DNA of 46,161 nucleotides. Origin: an uncultured delta proteobacterium (GTDB lineage Bacteria; Desulfobacterota; WTBG01; CAIYCZ01). The first letter of the stretch is position 1; each line of letters starts with the position of its first letter. The notes beneath the pieces are model-generated. The model ran no database searches and was not told where the DNA came from. It saw nothing but the letters and a program-made list of their open reading frames with translations. Positions 38,341-46,161 of the stretch are shown in pieces. The DNA is taken from the NCBI GenBank assembly GCA_963803975.1, contig CAWDOY010000030.1, forward strand, positions 1-46,161, given 5' to 3'. The position numbers were made by a program, and so were the translations under genes.

Positions 38341-40106
38341 ACTACCTTGCCTTTTTTTTCCTTTCCCTGCTGCTCTCAGCAGCGCTTACCCCGCTGGTTA
38401 AATTGCTCGCTGTCAAGGCCGGTTATGTGGTTCAGCCGCGGACAGACCGATGGCATAAAAAGCCGACGCCGCTGCTCGGGGGCATTGCCATGTTTCTGGC
38501 GTTTGCCGTCTGTTACCTGCTTGCGTTTGGCTTGCAAGGTCAGACCCTGCCGATTTTCATAGGCGGTTTTCTTATTTTCCTTCTGGGGCTCCTTGATGAT
38601 CTGCGACGGCTTCCCCCGCAGGTGAAGCTTATCGGGCAGATCACGGTTGCCGCATTGCTGGTGAGTCTCGGGGTGGTGATCAAGATCATCCCCTATCCGG
38701 CGATTGCCATTCCCGTTACCTTTCTCTGGATTGTAGGGCTCACCAACTCGTTCAATCTGCTGGATAATATGGACGGGCTTTCTGCCGGCACGGCAGCTAT
38801 CTGCGCGCTGTCGCTGTTTATCTTTTCCTGGTCAACCGGCGATATGCCGGTAGCGCTGGTTTCAATAGTTCTGGCAGGCTCCTGCATAGGGTTTCTCTTC
38901 TACAACTTCAATCCGGCCACCATTTTTATGGGCGACTGCGGCAGCATGTTTTTAGGCTGCACGCTCGCTGCAACCGCCATTGCCGGCACCGCGCAGCACG
39001 CTTCCGGGCTGTTTGCGGCGGTGTTTATACCGCTGTTCATTCTGGGGATCCCCATTTTTGATACGGTCTTTGTCACGTTTTTTCGCAAGCTGCGCGGGCA
39101 GCCGATTTCCCAGGGCGGCAAAGACCATATCTCCCATCGCCTGGTGACCATGGGGCTGAGCGAGCGCCGGGCGGTCCTCATTCTCTACAGCATCTCTGCG
39201 CTGTTTGGACTGGGGGCGCTCTTTTACAACCGGATTAATCCCCTGGCGCTGGCCGTCTGTTTTATTCTGGCTTTCATCGGGCTTTTTTATTTCGGGGTCT
39301 TCCTCGGTCAGTCTGATTTAAAATTCAAGCAGAAGCCTTCAGCCGCCGCATACCGGAGCGCATTAAGCTCCCTGCTGCCCGGCATGCAGAAGTTTATTGA
39401 GCTGTTTATTGATCTTATCCTTATTGTCAGTGCCTATTTTTCTTCCTATCTTATCCGCTATGAGGGGGTCATGACCAGGACGCACATGGCTCAGTTTGTA
39501 GAGACCCTGCCCATTGTTATAGTGGTTAAGATAATCGTATTTGCCTATTTCGGCCTCTACCAGACCATCTGGAAGCATGTGGGAGTGCGGGATTTTATAA
39601 ATATTCTCAAGGGTGTTGTTGTCAGTTCCATCATCATCATGACGGCGATTCTCATGTATGCTCGGTTTCAATACTTTTCCCGCGCGGTGTTTGTTGTTGA
39701 TGCTCTGCTGGCGCTGTTTCTCATCAGCGGGGCCCGTTTTTCTCTCAGGATTTTAAAAGAGTACCTGGGGAGTCTTCCTTCCACCAGCAGGAAAGTTTTA
39801 ATTGCCGGTGCCGGTGATGGCGGGGAACTCGCCTTGCGGGAGATCAGGAATAACCCCGCACTCAAGTATCACATTGTGGGCTTTATTGATGATGACCCTT
39901 TTAAAAGAAACCGGCGGATACATGGTGTTTCGGTCCTCGGAGGGGTCGAGGAGATAGCGCGGATCTCGAAGCAGACCGGGGCGGAAGAGGTTATTATTGC
40001 CATGCGCTCTGCCTCAGAGGAGACGCTGAAACGCATTGCAGAGCTGTGTGAACGCTCTTCTCTTGCCTGGGAGACATTTTTTCCCAATGAAAAGATGATG
40101 CATTAA
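38337..40106 (+). CDS. WecA/TagO-like polyprenyl-phosphate HexNAc-1-P transferase fused to a 4-TM + Rossmann-like module
   Basis: TPLLGG, GLLDD, NSFNLLDNMDGL, NFNPATIFMGDCGS, DHISHRL; then FGLYQTIW, VLIAGAGDGG, VGFIDDD. Confidence 0.9.
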   Translation: MNYLAFFFLSLLLSAALTPLVKLLAVKAGYVVQPRTDRWHKKPTPLLGGIAMFLAFAVCYLLAFGLQGQTLPIFIGGFLIFLLGLLDDLRRLPPQVKLIGQITVAALLVSLGVVIKIIPYPAIAIPVTFLWIVGLTNSFNLLDNMDGLSAGTAAICALSLFIFSWSTGDMPVALVSIVLAGSCIGFLFYNFNPATIFMGDCGSMFLGCTLAATAIAGTAQHASGLFAAVFIPLFILGIPIFDTVFVTFFRKLRGQPISQGGKDHISHRLVTMGLSERRAVLILYSISALFGLGALFYNRINPLALAVCFILAFIGLFYFGVFLGQSDLKFKQKPSAAAYRSALSSLLPGMQKFIELFIDLILIVSAYFSSYLIRYEGVMTRTHMAQFVETLPIVIVVKIIVFAYFGLYQTIWKHVGVRDFINILKGVVVSSIIIMTAILMYARFQYFSRAVFVVDALLALFLISGARFSLRILKEYLGSLPSTSRKVLIAGAGDGGELALREIRNNPALKYHIVGFIDDDPFKRNRRIHGVSVLGGVEEIARISKQTGAEEVIIAMRSASEETLKRIAELCERSSLAWETFFPNEKMMH

Positions 40107-40185
40107 AGTTTTGCAAAACATTAATGCAGGCTGTACCCTGCACAAAAATGTCCGGCTCTGAGACGGTGTCATAATCTGAATTCTG

Positions 40186-40342
40186 GTAGCCGCAAGCTTC
40201 AGCTTGCGTTTGTTGGCACATGTAATTTCAATACATTGCGCAGCCTGAAGGCTTTGGCTGCAGCCCCATTTTTATATTGTGACACACTCTCATCCGAGCT
40301 GCATCACTTTCAAAAAGTTTGCAGGCTAAACCCTGCGGCGGC
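40186..40342. repeat. GTAG-type REP-like palindromes, three units
   Basis: GTAGCCGCAAGCTTCAGCTTGCGT (40186-40209); degenerate reverse units at 40238-40261 and 40321-40342. Confidence 0.6.
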
Positions 40343-41044
40343 AAAATTATTGCATAACTCCATGAACCCCTATTGCTTGAAGTACATTCTGTGGTCAATA
40401 AACAATTAAAGTAACCGTGCATACAGGGCGAAACATACAGACTGCGGCACAAATAAGCTTGCAATAAAAAAGAAAAAATGCTTTAAAACCTTGTAACCAT
40501 ACCTTCCCAACGGTGTTTAACTGTATAAAATTACCGCACATGGTGTATTATTTTAATTACCTCAGGTTAAACAGAGGGTTGCAGCAGCACAAAAAAGATA
40601 AGAGATTTCAAGAGAAAACAAAATTCTTACAGTGGGGTATAAAATTTGCAAACTTATGCAACAATTTTTAACGGGATAGTAAAAAAATTACTTGACAAGT
40701 AATGAAATTCTTATGTATTTAAGGTAGCGGAAAAAAATATACATAGATTTTTGCGGCAAAAAAGAGTGTTTTATTAATTGAAAACCTTAAACAAAACTAT
40801 AAACAAAACTTAAAAATCAGGAGGGTGAGACAAAACAAAAAAACTAGGGTGACGGACTTATTAGAAAACTTTGAAAAAAGAAGAGATAATAATAAGATAA
40901 AATTTAAAGAGAGGGAGGTGATGCAGTAAAAGGTATTTTCCTAACAACCTCTCCATGAAGGAGAGTAAAAATAAACAGGAAAGTCTTTTAATTGTCAGTA
41001 ATATTTTTTCAAGTTTTAACTGTTAACCAAATCGAAAGGAGTGA

Positions 41045-44000
41045 ATGATGAAAAAATTATTAACCTTATGTGCAGCGGTGCTGATGGCTTTTGCCGTTAC
41101 CGGTTCAGCCATGGCAGCCGATGCAGTAACCGTGTACATAGAGCCGGCAAGCGCCACTTACACATTGTACCAGCCCACCCCGATTCATGCGCGGGTGGTA
41201 TTCCTGGATGCGACAGGCGCGCTCGCCACCACGTTTGGCGGCGCCCAGATCGGTGACTCAGTGCTGGAGTTGAAGTCAGCAAATTTTAACACGCGCCATA
41301 ACCTTCACACCTAATTCACCGGTCAACATCAATAATGACGGCTATCAGGCATTTGATATTGACTATGATGAAGCCGCCATTACCGAGCCCGGTGATGATG
41401 TTATCACCGTGACTCTGAAAAAGGGCACAAACGACCATCAGCGTCACGATGCCGATCAAGGTGCTTGCCCCTGTGGCAAATACCTATGTAACCAGAACCG
41501 GTCTTGCCAGCGCCGCTGATGCCCGAAGTTCTGGAAGCAATTCCCGGTCCGCAGAACAACGCTGGTGCAATCATCAGCGCCGGCAGTGCAGTTGAACGTA
41601 ACGGTCATGGCTGCTTATGCACATGGACATTGATCCTGCTGATGGTACGTATGACGACTACATTTTCACTGACAATGTGCCGGCAGGTGCAGAGACGGTG
41701 AATATCAGCGGTGCAGTTGCAGTACAGTTACCATTGCCCAGAGCAGCGCCACCCTGGAAAACGGTATCGCAACCGTTTCCGCTGACTGCATCAGGACCTG
41801 AAGATACCTGACATCCTTGAAACAGCGCCAGCTGCCGCAGCTCAGGCAACGGCCATGGATAATCTGCTCAACCCTGCTATTGGCGTAGTGTCAACCTGGA
41901 GTACCATCCGGATCCATGACCAGGGAAGTGGGAAATTACAATAATGTTGGTATAGTTGATGCCACTGCTGACCAGGTTGAGATCAACCCGAATACAGCAA
42001 CCGTGGGATTTGCATTCCAGGATGCTACATTTGCCTCTGATATGTCAGCCCATAAGCCGGCACCGGTTAAGTTGGTGACCATCGTCGGTCTGCCGATGAA
42101 TGACCCGGCTGGAGTTACAGCGGATATTTACGGGGCAGGTGACGCTAACCTGTCTGCTTCTGATGCATATAACCTGCTGCTTGACCCCAAGTCAAAACCC
42201 AACACCTTTATGGTCAATGGTAGCTCCTGGACCAAACATTTATGGCGCCATTGTGGGCTATGACCAGTTCAACAACCCCGCACCATTTTTAACAGCTGGC
42301 GCACAGTTTAGTTTGAATGATGTTGTCGGACCTATTCTAGGTGGTTTAGTTTCAGGTGGGCCTTTTGGAGTTCCAGCTGCGAGTGCAATGTAATTGGACC
42401 TGCACTGCCGTATTTAGCCTTTATACCGTTCCGCTTTAGTGCAACCACCAACAGCGTGTACATTGATCCGGCTGCAACTGTTGTACCGCCTGCTACCACC
42501 TTTGCGAACGTGGATACAGCTGCAGAGGGTGTAACCTTTGATGCTCAGGATAAGGTTGCCACGGTGAACTTTGGTGGTGTAGGTGTCAACCCCATCATTG
42601 ACATTACTGCCGGTGATGATGATATCGCCTTACAGGTAGTTGCAGAGGCAGCACTTGGTGATTCATTTACCCTGCGTGCAAAGACCAGGCTCGGCAAGAC
42701 CGTGCTGATCAATGTGCCTGATTCAACAACCGGCAAAGAGACCCTGAACATCCCGCGCGATGGCACTACCCTCAATGCTGAGGAAGATATTGTGTTCTTC
42801 ACCAGGGTGAAGAGAGTCAGATGGCCCGATCTTCCTGATTTTTGAAGGAAGAACTGCTCCCAAGACCATTACCAATATAGTAGTACCGGTTGGTAATGCT
42901 GATGCCATCGCAGATCCCGGTATCCGGCCTGCTGACCCGGGTGATTTTCCGCCCAGTGCTGTCATTGTCACACTGAACACAGTAAAGGCTGTTGTTGACA
43001 CCGAGCACAGCGAGATAAAGATTTTCAATGCAGATTTATTCCCGCCAGTACCAACGGTGATCATTCTTGATGCGTTTGGGAACTCCTATCTGCCTGGTTA
43101 TCTTCTTGCAGGACCGCCTCCTCCCATTGATTATGATCCGGTCACCCTGGAAGATGCAGATGCGACGTTCGCAGTGGTGAAAGCAGACGGCACCACGCCG
43201 TATCCCGGCGCAGATGCCGAGGCTGACGGCAACAATATTATCCTGAGCCTTGATCTGGCCAGTGTAACGGCAGATAACGGCGATCCGATACTGAAGATAA
43301 CCGCAGGCGCAGCCAGCGCACAGATCACCTACAAGGTGCGTGCTCTGGTAGCAGACCTCGCTGAAGAATCGTTTCGTCCCGGTGTTCGGCATTGAAGATA
43401 CACCGATAGTGCTTAACTTTGCCGATCAGAACGGCATATTCATTGTTCCGAACGTGGGCAGTGCGTTTGATGTGGATCTCGAAGCGACTGACGGCACCAC
43501 CTCAATGGCGTAGAGTTTACCCTGACCTTGTCTGACATCAATCCGAGAGAAGAATTCACCGCAGCAGTGTAACGAAGACGATGCCGACAAGATCATGACG
43601 ATCTCAGCCGACGGCGGCGATGCAGATGCAGGCGCAACCACGCTGACGCTGGATTTCAACGCCGACTTTGAGAAACCGGTGATCGGCGCATTGACAGCAA
43701 GCGATTGCGCCATCAGCATCGCAATAACCGACAACAAGGCAGTGAACCTGGCAGGCTCCATCGTAGTGGTGAAGAACGGCGCCACGGGCGAAGACGTAAC
43801 GTCAACGCTTAAGCGCACGGACGTCTAACGACGGGACGGTTGCCGGCTCCATTGACTTCAAGGAAGTACCGGTGGGTTCCTATGTGCTTGAAATTGTAGC
43901 CAAGGACAAGGCCAACAACGAAACCGCACTGACCACCCGTACCTCAGCAGTAACCGTCTGCAGCGGCGTGGGTCCAAGCTGTGTAAGCGTAGACCCGACG

Positions 44001-44837
44001 TTTGGCGTTAAGGACACAACCCTTGATGTCGTGATCAAAGCAGAGCGCTCAACCTTTGGCCCGACCTCAGTGGTGGCCTTCAGCTGCACCGGCATCACGG
44101 TGAACAGCGCAACCGCCAACAGCGCAACGGAAATCACCGCCAACATCACGATCGCAGCTGATGCAACTGATGCAACCTGCGATGTGACGGTAACCACCGG
44201 CGCAGAGATCGTGGTGTGTACTGGCGGGTTTGCAATCAAGACCGAGCTGCCCGGATGTGCCAGCGTGAGCCCGGCATCAGTGGATGCAGGGTTTACCGGT
44301 GATGTGACGATTACGCTGACAGGCGTTGATGCCAGCGCAATAGACAACCTGGCAGTGTAGCTTTGGCTGCAGCGGCGTGACGGTAAACAGCGCAACCGCC
44401 AACAGCGCAACCACGGTTGTTGCGAACATCACAGTAACCGAAGCAGCAGCCGGCGGAACCTGCAGTGTGACGGTGACCGGTGGAGCAACCGGCTCGACGG
44501 CCATCATCTGTGCCGATGCGTTCACGGTAGTGCCGAAGCCGCCGTGCACGATCACGGTAAGCCCAAGCACAGTGCAGACCGGTATCATCTTTGGCCGTCG
44601 GCACACCATTACGGTCACGGCCTCGGTGCGGGCTGCACGTTTGACGCGACCACGACCGTGACATTCGACGGCAACGTGACACTCGTCGGCGACCCCGTAA
44701 TATCGGGCAACACGATCACAGCAGAGATACGGACCAATCCGGTTATCCTGTTTGGCAAAGGCACAAACACCCTGACGGTAACGACCGGTACTGAAACGGC
44801 GACCGCAACACTCACCGTGACAGGTCTGTTCTTCTAA
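41045..44837 (+). CDS. Large secreted S-layer-like protein with Ig-like C-terminal repeats, broken by many frameshifts
   Basis: GAAAGGAG RBS; signal peptide ending AMA-A; successive Ala/Thr/Val/Asp-rich ORF fragments; repeated TVNSATANSAT domains; ends TLTVTGLFF before a terminator. Confidence 0.7.
44081..44480 (+). repeat. Intragenic domain duplication
   Basis: ACGGT(G/A)AACAGCGCAACCGCCAACAGCGCAAC at ~44097 and ~44380; both encode C.G.TVNSATANSAT...ANIT....A...TC.VTVT.G. Confidence 0.85.
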
Positions 44838-44889
44838 TAGCTAAAGAAAATGTACCCTGGGGGCAGATGACCCGGGGGAATAAATAGAG

Positions 44890-44928
44890 AACGGGGTTTG
44901 CAGATAACACTGCAGGCCCCGTTTTTTT
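44890..44928 (+). terminator. Intrinsic terminator
   Basis: ACGGGGTTTGCAG / CTGCAGGCCCCGT followed by T7. Confidence 0.85.
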
Positions 44929-44936
44929 ATTGTTTT

Positions 44937-44992
44937 GTAGGCGCAAACTTTAGTTTGCGTATAAGAAACGCAGGCATAAAGCCTACGGCTAC
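44937..44992. repeat. Inverted REP-like doublet
   Basis: GTAGGCGCAAACTTTAGTTTGCGT, 7 bp, ACGCAGGCATAAAGCCTACGGCTAC. Confidence 0.7.
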
Positions 44993-45706
44993 AAGGCTGA
45001 GGCTACACAGAATTTTACCATCCATAAAAAAGTCAGCTAACTGTACCCCTGTTATTACGAGCATCTGACCCCGGCGCTGCGCTTCGGGGTTGTTCATGAA
45101 AGAAACAAGTCTCGGGAGACCCCTCTTACATCCCCCCTTGGCCCATCGGCCGTGAGCTCAGGGCCGAACGGCAAGGGGGGAAACAGGGGGGTGTCATTGC
45201 ATGCATGAACCACCTGCACAATGTTTTTGAATTGTGCATGAACGGAAGTTTCTTAGGAGAGAGTTCAGCAATACATAGAAAAGGCGAAACCTTTTAATCA
45301 CTGGCAGGTTAGAAAAATATGGCAAACAAATATAACTTTGTATTGCAGCGGCACTCTTCCATGTGCGCTCCCCGCGACATAACGGCTTTTGCAATATCCT
45401 GCTGGTATTTGTCATAGCGAACTAAGTGCAACAATCTTTTGCCCCGGATGCGGCCTGAAAAATAATAACGAATAATTATATGGTTACAACTTATTGTGTG
45501 CATTATTTATATTTTATCAGATTATGTTATATTTTTTACTTTACTGTTTTAAAATTAATATGCTATAGGGATTCAAGTACATACTATTTTAAGAAGTCAT
45601 AACCGCTAACCTTCTTTATACTGTTTCCTCTAAGGAGACTTGATTATATAAAAAGAGGTGGAAACGAATTTAGACTGAATAATGTGTGAATGAGAAGGAG
45701 AAAACC

Positions 45707-46161
45707 ATGAGTAAAAGACTATTACTTCTATGTGCAGCGGTGCTGATGATGTCTGCCTTCACCGGCGCAGCCATGGCAGCCGATGCAGTGACGGTGTATG
45801 TTGAGCCGGCGAGCAAAGATGTAGTGCTGTATCAGGGCGGCCCGATACAGGCACGGGCAGTATTTCTGGATGCAGCAGGCCAGGTTGCCACTACGTACGG
45901 CGGCGCCCAGATCGGGGACTCAGTCCTGGAGCTGAAGTCAGCAAACTATGCACCTGCTGTTACTTTTGACCCCGCTTCGCCAGTGAACATCGACAACAGC
46001 GGAGTCCAGGAATTTACCATCACCTACAATCCTGCAGCCATTACTGAACTCGGTGATGACATTATCACCGCAACCCTGAAGAAGGGCTCCACCAGCATCA
46101 GCAACGTTATTCCGGTGAAGCTGCTGGCACCCCAGGCAAATGGCTACTTTGTCAGAACCGG
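45707..46161 (+). CDS. Paralogous secreted S-layer-like protein, 5' part only (runs off the window; absent from the ORF track)
   Basis: AAGGAG RBS; open to the end: MSKRLLLLCAAVLMMSAFTGAAMAADAVTVYVEPAS...GGAQIGDSVLELKSAN...LKKG...RT, collinear with the 41045 protein. Confidence 0.88.
   Translation, partial: MSKRLLLLCAAVLMMSAFTGAAMAADAVTVYVEPASKDVVLYQGGPIQARAVFLDAAGQVATTYGGAQIGDSVLELKSANYAPAVTFDPASPVNIDNSGVQEFTITYNPAAITELGDDIITATLKKGSTSISNVIPVKLLAPQANGYFVRT

Noticed and set aside
1..46161. CRISPR arrays, tRNA or rRNA genes, prophage genes, intact transposase or integrase
   Set aside because: No regularly spaced repeats, cloverleafs or hallmark proteins seen.

Overview
Bacterial chromosomal window, probably from an anaerobic Desulfobacterota-type (deltaproteobacterial) organism; this is inferred from gene content. 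Many single-base frameshifts look like long-read consensus errors. Left to right: (1) an oxygen-defence operon cydA-cydB-cytochrome c peroxidase (minus strand), sitting among IS91-like remnants and ~100-bp repeats that end in sigma70 promoters, with a Phd/VapC toxin-antitoxin pair; (2) a MarR-headed cluster with two FAD-linked oxidoreductases, a CCG-domain Fe-S protein, three MFS transporters (one fused to a PCP_red-like domain, one truncated), an SDR, a nucleotidyltransferase pair followed by a degenerate attC-like site, and a PCP_red/nitrite-sulfite-reductase-like Fe-S protein; (3) cold-shock protein, DEAD-box helicase and a radical SAM protein with a STAS-like tail; (4) a group 4 [NiFe]-hydrogenase operon behind a sigma54-type promoter, containing an FdhF-like subunit lacking the catalytic residues and an AsrA/AsrB-like NAD(P)H module, flanked by response-regulator genes and an orphan NuoG-N-terminal-like Fe-S protein; (5) a promoter-driven ~145-nt structured RNA candidate; (6) sugar epimerase and WecA-like fusion genes; (7) two tandem paralogous secreted, S-layer-like genes. 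The best candidates for something undescribed are the hydrogenase/dead-FDH/AsrAB complex, the two PCP_red-domain proteins and the structured RNA. All family assignments come from motif recognition by eye; no database search was run.
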